DNA from: Macrostomum lignano
Taxonomy: Eukaryota
Direction of reading: 5' to 3'
Assembly (NCBI GenBank): GCA_002269645.1
Contig: NIVC01004347.1
Span: 1-49,303 of the forward strand
DNA: 49,303 bases
A program made the position numbers and the translations under genes. The notes under the pieces were generated by a model. It had not been told where the DNA came from. It saw only the letters and a list, made by a program, of their open reading frames with translations, and searched no databases. Numbering within the stretch: the stretch's first letter is position 1; each line of letters starts with the position of its first letter. Positions 36,401-47,359 of the stretch are shown one piece after another.

Positions 36401-38721
36401 TAAGTTGCGTCTTTTAGCTGACAATTGTCGTTGTCTGAGTTATCCCAGGGAGAAATCAAAGCTTAAGCAGTCTCTAAAAAGAAATCAAAAATAACTTTTC
36501 AAACAGCTCACCGAGCATCACATCCTGATCCCGGTAGAGGCCTTGCAGCCGGTTGGCGTGCTCGTGAAGCTCCTTGACGGCCTGTCGGGCGCTCTCCCTG
36601 ATCCGCACGGCGGACTCAAGCTCGCGCTGGGCGACCTCCTGCTTGTTGAGGGCGGTCACGAACTCCTCCTGCTCGCGAGACATGCGCTCGTCGAATGCGG
36701 CCTTGTCCGCGATGAAGGAGTTCACGCTTATCTGCTGCATTTCGTCAACGTCCTGCTTCTCCTTGCGGCTGAATGGGAAAGTGAGGCCGAAGGCTTGCTG
36801 TCAATACTTCTCAAACTGTGATACTCAGGTAACAGCTGCTCAAACTGTGATACTCAAGTAACAGCTGCTCAAACTGTGATACTCAAGTCCAACAGCTGCT
36901 CAAACTGTGATACTCAAATCTGACAGCTGCTCGAACTGTGATACTCAAGTCCAACAACCGCTCAAACTGTGATACTCAAGTCCAACAGCTGCTCAAACTG
37001 TGATACTCAAATCTGACAGCTGCTCAAACTGTGATACTCAAGTCCAACAACTGCTCAAACTGTGATACTCAAGTCCAACAGCTGCTCGAACTGTGATACT
37101 CAAATCTGACAGCTGCTCGAACTGTGATACTCAAATCTGACAGCTGCTCGAACTGTGATACTTAAGTCCAACAACTGCTCAAACTGTGATACTCAAGTCC
37201 AACAGCTGCTCAAACTGTGATACTCAAGTCCAACAGCTGCTCAAACTGTGATACTCAAGTCCAACAGCTGCTCAAACTGTGATACTCAAGTCCAACAACT
37301 GCTTAAACTGTGATACTCAAGTCTAACAACTGCTTAAACTGTGATACTCAAGTCTAACAACTGCTTAAACTGTGATACTCAAGTCCAACAACTGCTCAAA
37401 CTGTGATACTCAAGTGTAAGCTACTCAGAGTAGCGAGCTGCACAGAAAGCTACAGATTCAGAGTTTGAAATTAATTTTCCATTTGCATCGCTGTGTAAAT
37501 ATCATTGCAGTTATCAGCTAACCAAAGCAGCCAACAATGATCCGAGAGCTTACTCGCTGATTAGATAAGAACTGAGTTCTTACGTTTGCTCCTTGCGCGA
37601 CTCAAACACGGCCGTCAGTCGCTGGATTTCTTCCTCAAGGGCTTTGAGCTCGTCCCATTTAATCTGCAGGTGCTCCACTGAGTTCATCGCCTCAAGTCTG
37701 TTGATCTCTTTTTCAATCTCAACATAGCGAAGAAGCGTGTCAGCGTCCATTGTGGTCTGCGTCACCTGCAGTCAGGTGCAAATTTATTTATGGTTATTAA
37801 GACTCCCGCAGTTCAAGACGGCAGTTGGCCTGCAACCCGTGGGGAGGCAGGCAGCCATGCCGTCCCATTGATCAACAAGGATATGTGCGCACACACGCTG
37901 GGGAGGCAGGCAGCCATGCCGTCCCATTGATCAACAAGGATATGCGCGCACACACGCTGGGGAGGCAGGCAGCCATGCCGTCCCATTGATCAACAAGGAT
38001 ATGTGCACACATACGCGCTCATACAGGGTTTACGGCGGCCCTGACTCCCCGACTCTCTAACAGTCAGACCTTAGAGATTTAGTATATTGTGATTAAACTA
38101 CACAAAACACACTATGAAACTTCATTAAACACACGATGAAACTTCATTAAACACACTAAGAAACTCTAAACACACCATGAAATCCGTTGGATACACTATG
38201 AAAACCTATTAAACAAACGATGAAACCCATTAAAAACTCTAGAAACTCCGCTAAACACAATAAAATCCGTTAAACACAATGAAAACCCATTAAAAACACA
38301 ATGAAATCCATTAAACAAACTCGGAAACTCAATGGTTTCAACTTACAGCCTCGTCCTCTTGTGGCGGCGCCGACGGAGCCGAGCCGTTGGCATGGCCATT
38401 ATTGTTCGTCATCTGCTGTTGCTGCTCAAAATTGAAGGCCGATCTGCTTTCAGGCTGGGGCGCTGGTTGTTGCTGGAACTAGAATTTGTTTTTGTACATT
38501 GTTTTGCTTATGTCTTTAACTTGAAATGACTACTACTGCCTTAGTAAAGGTCATATTTTAACCAGTTAAAACACCACGCGGTTCAATGAAAATACCTGTT
38601 GATCATTTTGGCGGCTTGCGCTAGGAAAGTTACTGGAATCTTGAACGTCCATGCCTGACGGATGCTTTGGATAAGCGGTGACAGATCCTCTGCTTTTTTG
38701 AGCACTTGCTGAAGAACCCAT
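27479..38721 (-). CDS. Uncharacterised coiled-coil protein, about 611 aa; exons 38721-38596, 38478-38347, 37765-37584, 36768-36512, 35905-35707, 35126-35000, 34499-34368, 33117-32961, 32306-31974, 31500-31403, 27571-27479
   Basis: Eleven AG/GT-bounded exons whose phases chain without a stop (1836 nt including stop). Start MGSSASAQ; coiled-coil segments (EIEKEINRLEAM, EQEEFVTALNKQEVAQREL); core AIFDGKYGSELEFRLE...ARWQAGRLLIHHACAQL...ATETRNYLVAAC...FPYC...LERATSNIFTD...LLQWFDTVINKTI. No family name assigned. Confidence 0.85.
27635..27792. repeat. Terminal inverted repeat of the Chapaev-type element (low-coordinate end)
   Basis: CACGGTGCTACCATAGGCGGAAAATTGCTTAAAAAATTCACCGGAAAAGTTATTTGTCACAATCGA..., the reverse complement of 31092-31251. 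Confidence 0.92.
28379..30400 (-). CDS. Chapaev-type DDE transposase with RAG1-like N-terminal zinc finger, 673 aa from ATG 30400
   Basis: H-x7-C-x2-C (HEDCLNRICILC)...DNRVPKAICGTC...CDCKIC; IGIDGGGGFLK (D codon 29399-29401); ACDLKLANILLGL...HPCTWC (D codon 29171-29173); PPPELHLLTG; FTGNASRKLL; SPKIHAIFHHV; LGPWSEQCTESMH (E codon 28493-28495). The motif order matches Chapaev transposases and the RAG1 core as I recall them. Confidence 0.88.
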   Translation of the reverse strand: MPLSHEDCLNRICILCFSKAKELRSVTPWMLAIINRHSGWLYDLHDNRVPKAICGTCRFALQQLEKGQRADVPPMYDFRDVQPLPVTRSVGQDGCDCKICSTARCRVHPPEANVPKRSVGRPSLTADEATTPKPEMVKVCSFCISPIGRGKPHTCNRPTRLQNAHALLQEASPEFPERLATTIVRQKLITSGSGDTASGITVLASNAGPSMRLAVNPPPRKPTAVFTADNMRHLQGELGLSSRKTEVVLRNLRSSIGASAVQSNIRQTLREMDHELDDLFQAKQLAFIREERGRQTPAEQWAVVCTDVVELLGRMIANRRLMDVASTVVRIGIDGGGGFLKLSISVFDLCVCAGEEQQKGADRRFLDTGVHRAVILGIAPNTQENHRNLECLWESCRLQLLSANISIACDLKLANILLGLMAHSSSHPCTWCNVNKGSLDSCGEPRTFGSLSEKYQAYLAAGGERQLAKHFDNVVQPSIFSAGVEVPVLHIVPPPELHLLTGAVHVLYEGLHGVWPESEAWLAACNVQRDKHHGGSFTGNASRKLLRNVDLLEAMCPMAALPFVAALRALNSVVVSCFGSELRPNFKQAIQEFRTSYADLGISISPKIHAIFHHVGDFCRAKDKTGLGPWSEQCTESMHSDFLLHWERYKVASTHPLFAERLLAAVRCYNSRH
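30793..30923. mobile_element. PIF/Harbinger-like MITE (131 bp) nested in the Chapaev-type element
   Basis: AGGCTCATTCACAACGCCATCAAAC...GTTTGACGGTGGTGTGAATGGGCCT imperfect TIRs; TAA on both flanks (30790-30792, 30924-30926). Confidence 0.7.
31092..31251. repeat. Terminal inverted repeat of the Chapaev-type element (high-coordinate end)
   Basis: Ends ...TTTTCCGACTATGGTAGCACCGTG, followed by the CCC TSD. Confidence 0.92.
31715..31879 (-). mobile_element. SINE family A, 5' half
   Basis: Reverse complement reads GGGGGCGGAGCAGCTCAGTGGTAAATGCGTCTGAGTCCACGACCCCTGGTTCGATTCCGTGCGCAAAC (A and B boxes)...GCCAACCCCCAAGGCACAGAG. Confidence 0.7.
32450..32850. repeat. 31-bp intronic minisatellite (CTACTCCCATATGGAGAGGCCGGTTGCACAT)
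   Basis: About 13 units. Confidence 0.9.
33210..34340. repeat. 18-19-bp G-rich intronic minisatellite with two subtypes (GGTGATTCCCAGGGAGGGG / GAGATTCTTGGAGAGGGG)
   Basis: Direct reading; explains the spurious ORFs at 32851-34594. Confidence 0.95.
35299..35594 (-). mobile_element. SINE family B, second copy
   Basis: Reverse complement: TAGCCTAGTGG...GGTTCGATTCC...TGTGTCCTTGAGCAAGACAC...TTCACCCAGCTGTAAAATGGGTGCC...GGACTGAACAGCCGTACGCAGCCTTCAGATG, then an AT-rich tail; collinear with 6772-7080. Confidence 0.75.
35985..36130 (+). mobile_element. SINE family A, 5'-truncated copy
   Basis: CCCCCAAGGCACAGAGAGTGTACATGCCTGACGATTAGAAAGTCAGGGCCGATGTACACCCTGTGTGAGCG is near-identical to 41497-41570. 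Confidence 0.7.
36815..37415. repeat. 31-bp intronic minisatellite (AACTGTGATACTCAAGTCCAACAGCTGCTCA)
   Basis: About 19 units. Confidence 0.95.
37841..38005. repeat. 59-bp tandem repeat, about 2.8 copies
   Basis: GGGGAGGCAGGCAGCCATGCCGTCCCATTGATCAACAAGGATATG... starts at 37841, 37900 and 37959. Confidence 0.85.
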
Positions 38722-40803
38722 GGTAAAAGTTGCGGTGCAAATTTCTGCAGGTAATCTGGAAGAATGTTTAAGTTATTTGGCATTTAGCTGTTTGATAAAA
38801 ATCTTGAAATTACGCTCGTAATTCGCAAAATTTCTTAGTTATTCATTAAAAACATAATCTACTGCTGGTTTTACGATACGATAACTGAAAAAATATGAAG
38901 ATGCAAATAATATAATTTTTCTTTAAATTACGGCTTAGAAAAATTACTTTTTCTATACTTTCATGCTTTCATACATTAGCCACAAAGATTTTTCTATAAC
39001 TGGATAGAAGCCGGCGCATAATAATAAAACTTTTCAGAAAAAAAATTGTACATAAAATATACAAACATGAATTTTTCAGCATGCATGCCAAAGCTACGAA
39101 AGAAGAGCATGCAACTGCATGCTCCGAAATATTCCTCGGAAGGAAGTCATTCTGAACAAATGGCCGAACTCTCTACGCCTACGGCAGTAGATTTTTTAAA
39201 GTTCAACTTTTAAAAAAATACTTATATTCGTTAAGACTATTATTTTTTATGATAATCACAAAAACCTTCACTACAATACTTCGTTCAAAAAGATGGATCG
39301 ACGCAAGCGTGTATGTTTTATTAGTCAGCGTTAGAAATGTGTCATAGAAACGAACTTAAATATGTTTACATTAGCAGTGTTCAGAATTTCAATAGGTAAA
39401 ACAAACAAATCGTAATCGAAGAGCAAAATGAAAATTCATAAATTAAACTTTAAACAAAAATTCTAAATTAAAACTAAAAGCAAAATTTTAAGTTGATGAA
39501 ATTATTCAATTGAAAAACATTTACAGTCACTATAAAACAGTAGCTAATTGTATTTGATGTGAGGTCACTTTCGGATAGAGCCAGTTGAAGCCGTATATTC
39601 AGATGAAACTTTATTCAGCCTCTTTTCGAAACATTGTAGACGTGTTTTGTGTAAAATTAGATCAGAGATTTTAGTTTAAAAGAAAAATTGAGCTTTCTCG
39701 AGTCTAAACACATCTTAAAAATATCTCACAAGTCTGCCGGATTTTTTGGCTTAGAGATGGATAAACAAATATATAATTATGTGCTCTTAAAGCGCGGCTA
39801 ATTTTTAAAATAATATCCAGAACTAAACTTACTACCTTTTTGATACCATTTTAATGCATCATAAAAACAAAAACACAGAATATCTAGTGTAAATTTTTTT
39901 TAACTAAAAAATTCGATTATAGTTCGATGAACTATATTGATTTAAATCGAATCAGTTCTGTTAGTCTTAGATTTAATAAGATAAAGCTATTTTATCTTAT
40001 TTATCTTATCATAGAGAAAAAATTTATCTATATTTATATTTATATTTATTTATATATTTATATTTATCTATGGTTTAGTCGTTTAGTCTAAGAAATAGAA
40101 TTTTATAAACCAACTAACTTTTGAAAGAATCGAATTATTTGCTAACTACTTTAAATCCACTCATTTTTAAGACAATGAATACGCAGCAGACATTGGAATG
40201 GTTTATGTTAGTATCGTGTCAGTGGCAGTTTGGTCGATCTAATTATTTGTGTAGATCAATATGTGTATATAGTATTTGTATTGAATTTCAAAGATTACTA
40301 TATACTTTATAAGCTTATACTCTATCTACTTTAAAAAATTGTGGGTAGAACAGAAGGGAATTTCTGTAGAATTTTATAGAATTGAATATCAAAATCTTAA
40401 TATTAGTTATTTATTTATATAATAAGCTTTCTAAACTATAAATGAGCAGATACTAATTTCTGTTTGTTTTAAAGTGAAAATTATCCATCATTGTACAAAT
40501 AAACTGTATTGACAGTGGATTAACTTTAAAAAAAAGAGACTATTTAAACAATTTAATTTACAAAGATCTGAATTCTCATCCACTGCATACTGCTAACACA
40601 TTAGTTTAAGAATACCAATAAGTAGCATTAACTGAGTATATTTTGCCTGTATCTAAATATCATCCAGATCTTTTATTCTTTAAAGGGATTCATTTGTTAA
40701 TTTGAATCAAGTGTCTTCGAACTTAGTTATTTATGATTTTTATGCTCTATTTAAAGCAGAAATATACTTTGCAGAGTCGTTCATTTGTTGACTAATAGAA
40801 AAA

Positions 40804-43800
40804 ATGCAGCGAGAAGACACGGACGTTAGCGAGGTATCGACCGACAGGACGCTGGAGCTTCAGTCAGCGACGCCGAGGCAGCAGCAGGCGAAGCCGAACG
40901 GAACTGCGCCCGATTCTGCCACCGCTGATGTCACCAGCGATGAGGAGAACGAAATCATCCAGGAGCTGAAGGAAGAAATTAAGCGCAAAGTTCGAGAGGA
41001 TATCAAGGTAAAATCTACGTAAAGTGTAGCATCCAATAAAGTATGCTTAATAAGTAGGTTACTCTAATCAAGCTTTAACTTCGTATTTTAACACAATGAA
41101 ATTAATGGCGATCACTCTAGTCTGTAAAAGTCTTCCTGTTTCTTGTGTACTATTAGTGCAGTCAGTAATCCAATCGCACAACTTTTTAATTGTCAGCTGC
41201 TGGCTATAGCTAGATATTGCAATGTGCTCGTAAAAATCCAGTTGTTCGTATTTGAAGCACTTAAACTGATGCATAAATTTGCTTATGTTTATTGTTCACA
41301 TGTAATAACTGACCTGGCCGAATGAGCTGTGACCTGAACTGACCACCCAAAGGGGCAGAGCAGCACAGCCGTAAACGCGTCCGAATCTCGCGCCACGAAC
41401 CCTTGGTTCGATTCCGTGTGCAAACACATTATTTTGAAGGCCTGGCGCTAAACTTGGCATGGGAGGCTTTCGTGCGATTCACATCCATGAGGATCAGCCC
41501 CCAAGGCACAGAGAGTGTACATGCCTGACGATCAGAAAGTCAGGGCCGCTGTACACCCTGTGTGAGCGCGCGTGCCTGCGTACAGTATTGGCGCACTTGT
41601 GTGTGCTCAGGAGTCAGCGGAATGGGCAGGATTGCGTCAGACCAGGGCAATTATCATTATCAAATCGAACACCCGCAGGATGAGCTGGCCAGGTACGATC
41701 TGAAGAATCTGTCCAGCCGGACTGAATCCGCGGCCTCCAGCGCCCGCGACCAGTCGGACCCCAACGGCCTGCTGCCGGAGCGGGACGCCAAGTACACCGA
41801 GGCCTACCAGCGGATGCTGAAGCTGGACAAGATTCTGCGGAAACGGATGGCCAAAGAGCGAGAGGTCAAGCGGCAGAGAATTATGCTGGAGAAAAGGTTG
41901 GAGACTCGCATTGGTGCAGTCCCTCTTCGATTCCGCATTCCATCCCTCTAATGCTGCTCCCAATCCGCTCTTCGTAGATTTCATCTCTAATGCGACCTAA
42001 AGTCCCCTCCGATTCCATTCTTAGTCCGCTCTGTACAACTCTCCGAATCCGCCCTCAATCCGCCCTTTTCCCCCCTATTCCGCCCTCAATCCCCTCTCCA
42101 TCCCCATTCCGCCCTCAATCCCCTCTCCATCCCCAATAGTCCGCCCTCAATCCCCTCTCCATCCCCAATAGTCCGCCCTCAATCCCCTCTCCATCCCCAC
42201 TATTCCGCCCTCAATCCCCTCTCCATCCCCCATTCCGCCCTCAATCCCTTCTCCATCCCCACTATTCCGCCCTCAATCCCCTCTCCATCCCCCATTCCGC
42301 CCTTAATCCGCTCTCCATCTCCCCCTATTCTGCCCTTAATCCACCCCCAAATCACCTGCCAACCGTCGCCTCTGCCTCGCCGCGCTCCCAGGATCAAGGA
42401 GGAGCTGGAGCAGCTGCGCACCGAGGCAACCTCCAGGCGGACAAACGACGAGATGAGCAACACCATGAAGTTCCTGGCGCTGACGCCCAGCGACGGCGGC
42501 ACCAGACGGGACGGGGATTCGGCCCTGCAGGATGAGTACAGCGATGAGCTGCCGCACGAGCCGGTGTTCCCCACCGAGTACCTGTTCGACGAGGCACAGG
42601 AGTCGGCTGGGGCCAACGAGGAAGGCACCGAAGTCGGTGGCGGAACCGCCCGGTCCGGAAAGACGAGCCGGAAGCAGCAGCAGCAAAAAGACGGCCGGAA
42701 GAAGCAGGCGGCCGGTTCGGGCGCGGCAGCGAGCGGCGACTCGTCGAAGGATTTTATAAAGCGAAACATTGAGGTTAGTAACAGAAGAGTAGTCGGATGC
42801 TTCCTTAGCAACAGAGACATGAGTAGTCGGACGCTGCCTTAGCAACAGAAGATGAGTAGTCGGTCGCTTTCTTAGCAACAGACAGATGAGTAGTCGGACG
42901 CTTTCTAAGCAACAGGGAGATGAGTAGTCGGATGCTTTCTTAGCTACAGTGAGATGAGTAGTCTGATGCTTCCTTGGAAACAGGAAGATGAGTAGTCGGA
43001 TGCTGCCTTAGCAACAGGAAGATGAGTAGTCAGATGCTTCCTTAGCAACAGAAGATGAGTAGTCGGACGCTTCCTTAGCAACAGAAGATGAGTAGTCTGA
43101 TGCTTCTTTAGCAACAGAAAATGAGTAGTCTGATGTTTCCTTAGCAACAGGAAGATGAGTAGTCGGATGCTTTCTTAGCTACAGGGAGATGAGTAGTCGG
43201 ATGCTTCCTTAGCAACAGGAAGATAAGTAGTCGGACGCTTCCTTAGCAACAGAAGATGAGTAGTCGGACGCTTCCTTAGCAACAGAAGATGAGTAGTCTG
43301 ATGCTTCCTTAGCTACAGGGAGATGAGTAGTCGGATGCTTCCTTAGCAACAGAAGATGAGTAGTCGGACGCTTCCTTAGCAACAGAAGATGAGTAATCTG
43401 ATGCTTCCTTAGCAACAGGGACATAAGTAGTCAGACGCTTCCTTAGCAACAGGGACATGAGTAGTCGGATGCTTCCTTAGCAACAGGGAGATGAGTAGTC
43501 GGATGCTTTCTTAGCAACAGAGGATGAGTAGTCGGACGCTTCCTTAGCAACAGGGACATGAGTAGTCGGATGCTTCCTTAGCAACAGGAAGATGAGTAGT
43601 CGGATTCTTTCTTAGCAACCGAATCAGCTTTTTTGCATTCGTCCTTATCAACAATAAGGTTGACAGATTAAAATAAATAAAATCATGGCCAAAAGCTTCA
43701 CAATTCCTCAATCTAAATTTCACAGCTGGCAGCAGCTTCAAACGACGTCGTTGCCATGACGCCCGAGGAGAGAGAGCGGCTTGACTCGTTGCTGCGCGAT

Positions 43801-46800
43801 TTGGACAGCATTCCGGACCTGCCCGAGGAGTTTACGGTGCGTACTGAGTGCGCAAATTAGCCTACTTATATAAGTAGGCAGATGCGGAATCGCTTTTAAT
43901 CAGAAATTTATTCGCCTAAAAAGTACTTGCCATTTTCAGAGCTCAATGCTTCCAAGCAACACCAGTTAGTGGATAAAATATTGACACATGTGTCTTGCGC
44001 CTACTTAAAAATAGCAAGTATTGAATATGAAGGAAAAATTAATGATTTAGTGATAATACTACTAATTAGTAGCTAAAATTAGTTTCTAGAGCTCGAATTA
44101 GGCCCCTATCTAATATTGGGCGTCGAGGACACACAGACTCGCTCACCTGTTGTTGCTTTCAGCTGGACCCTGAGATGCTCAGCTTACCACCAACACCATC
44201 GACTGTTCTCAGCATTGGAATAGTTTGTTGCCAATTATGCTTTGTATTTTTTCATTTAGTTTGATTTTTTTTTATTCTTTATTGTTTGGTTTGGTGTCTG
44301 GGGAGCTGAGAGCGGTCTTGGCTTGTCACAGTGCTCTCTCGCATTTTACACAGATGTAACACATTCATATTGCTAACATGAGTTATGAAGGCCGACAAGT
44401 GGCTGTCACTGGAACGGCTAAAAATTGTTTCACAGCTGTTTACAATTATGTAAAGATTTAATTGGCACAAATTTCTAATAAAAAATGGTTCACACTGTTA
44501 ATTTAAACATTGCTATGGAGCACAAAAATACGGTTGAATATCATTTTAACAAAATAATTATTTAATTAAGTCCAACAGAAGCCATGTAAGACCATTGTTC
44601 ATTTTTTGATATTGGCTGTGCTTCTCATTCATTTTTGGCGTCTAAAAAGCAAATGTGCCTGAATGCTGCGCGTCTTTATTGATTTTGATGTCATGTTTAT
44701 CGATTTTATTCGTGTGTTTATCGATTTGATTTGTTTGTTCATCAATTTGTTTCGTGTGTTTATCAGTTTGAGTAGTATGTTTATCAGTTTGATTCGTGTG
44801 TTTATCAATTTGATTCGTGTGTTTATCAATTTGATTCGTGTGTTTATCGATTCGATTCGTGTGTTTATCGATTTGATTCGTGTGTTTATCGATTTTATTC
44901 CTGTGTTTATCGATTTGATTTGTGTGTTTATCGATTTGATTTGTTTGTTCATCAATTTGTTTCGTGTGTTTACCAATTTGATTTGTTTGTTGATCGCTTT
45001 GATTCGTGTATTTATCGATTTGGCTTGTGTGTTTATCGATTTGATTCGTGTGTTTATCGATTTGATTTGTGTGTTTATCGATTTGATTTGTTTGTTTATC
45101 GATTTGATTCGTGCGTTTATCGATTTGATTTGTGTGTTTATCGATTTTATTTGTTTGTTCATCAATTTGTTTCGTGTGTTTATCAATTTGATCTGTTTGT
45201 TGATCGCTTTGATTCGTGTATTTATCGATTTGGCTTGTGTGTTTATCGATTTGATTCGTGTGTTTATCAATTTGATTCGTGTGTTTATCGAGTCGAGCCA
45301 TCGTGCATATTGATTTAAATCAGCGTGGCTATCAAGTTGAATTTCATTTTTATCATGCCTTATGCTTTATATGAATTGAATCAAGTTGCCATGGGTTCGT
45401 TGGCTGTGCACACCGCCTGTGGCGTGTTTTCATCGTAAGAAACTAAACAACACCGGAAAATTTCACTAGCGCCTCCCACCGCCGCTACTACGGCAGGATT
45501 CGAGCTCGGGCTACCAGCTGGCGGAGCTCAGCCCGGGCGAGGGCTACCGAGTCTCCGACGCCGATTCGCGTCGACTACGCGAAATCGAAGCCAGCCTGGC
45601 CCGCCTCGGCTCCGTGCCGCCGCCAGCGCTGACCGCCTGGTCGGAGGAGTCGCCGTCGTCGGCAAGGCGACAGTCGGAGCTGAGCGACGCGTACAGAGCC
45701 ACCGCGCTGCAGCGGGCTGCGGCCGGCCAGGACTGGGATCTGGACAGGCTCGGCGAGAAGGCGCTCGCCGAAGTCAAAGAGGAGCGACTGATGAGTCACC
45801 GGCTGGAGGAGCTGAACAGCCGGCTTTCTTTGATTAGCAATGAGGTGATTTCTGGCTTTGTGGATTTGTTGGATTTGAGATGTTGGATTTGAGATGCTGG
45901 ATTTGAGATGTTGGATTTGAGATGTTGGATTTGAGATGCTGGATTTGAGATGTTGGATTTGAGATGTTGGATTTGAGATGTTGGATTTGAGATGTTGGAT
46001 TTGAGATGTTGGATTTGAGATGCTGGATTTGAGATGTTGGATTTGAGATGCTGGATTTGAGATGTTGGATTTGAGATGTTGGATTTGAGATGTTGGATTT
46101 GAGATGTTGGATTTGAGATGTTGGATTTGAGATGTCGGATTTGAGATGCTGGATTTGAGATGTCGGATTTGAGATGTTGGATTTGAGACGTCGAATTTGA
46201 GATTTTGGATTTGATATGTTAGATTTGATATGTTGGATTTGAGATGTTGGATTTGAGATGTTGGATTTGAGATGTTGGAATTGAGAAGTTAAATAAAGTT
46301 TTAGCATATGGACTTCGATCTCAGACTGTAGCTGCAAGTTGAACACACTCTAAGGACTGTATGAACTTTAATTAACGCCCCATCCCCTCACACCGGCAGT
46401 CGTCCCAGGGTCCACTCTCGGCCGAGGCCATGTCCGCCCTGCTGTCCGACTGCTCCCGCTCTATCGCTGCCAGCCACAGTGTCCGGGACGCAAATTCCCA
46501 GCTGGGCAGCCACCGCAGCCTGCAGTCGACGGCATCTGCCGCTGGGCCGGCGAGCGCCGCCAGCGAGACCGGCGGCGACGTCGATTCGCTGTCCTCCGCC
46601 AGGCTGCCAGACGATGAGGCGAGCCGAGAACTGGCTATTCAGGTGCGCCCGTGATCTTCCTGTTGGCAATTGTTTTTAATAAACAGCGGGAGTAACTATC
46701 TAATACTTATTATCAGAGTCTGTTTACTCTATTAGTATCAATAGTTTTCTGCTATTGGCTAGATTAGCAATCCGTTCTACTCCTACATTTTAATTATCCG

Positions 46801-47189
46801 TGCTAGGATGCGCATTCTGTCTACTGTCAACATTAGTAGTATAAACCGCAACATATTGCATTCAGGTTCCGCCCCTGGATCGCGCAGTTCTCGACCGCTT
46901 GTTAGCCGACGCCAGGGCTGCCGGGATTGGCCAGAACTGGGCCAGGCCGGAGCCAATCACAGAAGAGGAGGAGGAGGAAGGCGAGGCGGACGCGCAGACA
47001 GTCAGAGGCTCCAGTAGTTTGAGAAACGGCGTCGGTCTCGACTCAAGCAGCGACGACGATGAGGCCTGCGACGATGAGGCCTGCGACGATGAGGACGGAG
47101 GCGAGAGGCTGGTGCTGCCGGACATCAGCCTGTACGCCAACATGAGCGCGCCGAAGACGCCCAATTCTGGTCGGTACTCCGCCGGCTGA
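40804..47189 (+). CDS. FSIP1: Fibrous sheath-interacting protein 1 (FSIP1) homologue, about 618 aa; exons 40804-41007, 41679-41896, 42392-42773, 43726-43836, 45470-45844, 46400-46642, 46866-47189
   Basis: Phases chain correctly (0,2,0,0,0,0). Motifs match the FSIP1 family as I recall it: MLKLDKILRKRMAKEREVKRQR, NTMKFLAL, PVFPTE, KDFIKRNIELA...VAMTPEERERLDSLLRDL, EGY...RLREIEASL, LGEKALAEVKEER. The true start could lie further upstream. Confidence 0.8.
41350..41660 (+). mobile_element. SINE family A, near full length, in FSIP1 intron 1
   Basis: tRNA-like head with GGTTCGATTCC B box, shared body (AAGGCACAGAGAGTGTACATGCCTGACGATCAGAAAGTCAGGGCCGCTGTACACCC), and an ATTATCATTATC tail. Confidence 0.7.
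42050..42350. repeat. About 30-32-bp C-rich intronic minisatellite (CCGCCCTCAATCCCCTCTCCATCCCCAATAGT)
   Basis: About 9 units. Confidence 0.9.
42775..43620. repeat. 33-34-bp intronic minisatellite (AGATGAGTAGTCGGATGCTTCCTTAGCAACAGA)
   Basis: About 25 units starting at the splice donor. Confidence 0.95.
44690..45290. repeat. 21-bp intronic minisatellite (GTTTATCGATTTGATTCGTGT)
   Basis: About 28 units; explains the ORFs at 44629-45318. Confidence 0.95.
45865..46280. repeat. 14-bp intronic minisatellite (GATTTGAGATGTTG)
   Basis: About 29 units. Confidence 0.95.
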
Positions 47190-47359
47190 GGATATCCCGT
47201 CTGGCTGAGCATGAGCTCAGCAGCCATGCAGTTAGAGCTCCATCTCATACGTGCGGTGTTTCCTGTTCGGAGGGGGAGATGAAGATGAAAGGACTCGAGT
47301 GAGGATTCTGATGGCAGTTAAAGGTGCTGTGAGATTTGGGAAGTAAACAGACAGAATGC

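Noticed and set aside
38583-38783. ORF-track peptide MPNNLNILPDY...
   Set aside because: Wrong frame; the overlapping frame starting at ATG 38721 splices in phase to the next exon.
38800-40780. Very AT-rich spacer considered as a mitochondrial insertion
   Set aside because: No recognisable rRNA, tRNA or mitochondrial protein motif; more simply a divergent promoter region.
42775-43620. CRISPR-like appearance of regular 30-34-bp repeats (also at 8005, 32450 and 36815)
   Set aside because: Units are directly adjacent with no unique spacers, there are no cas genes, and the context is eukaryotic introns.
44629-45318. INTRIKS / DKHTNQI / VFIDLIR heptad-like ORFs
   Set aside because: A 21-bp array open in several frames within an FSIP1 intron.
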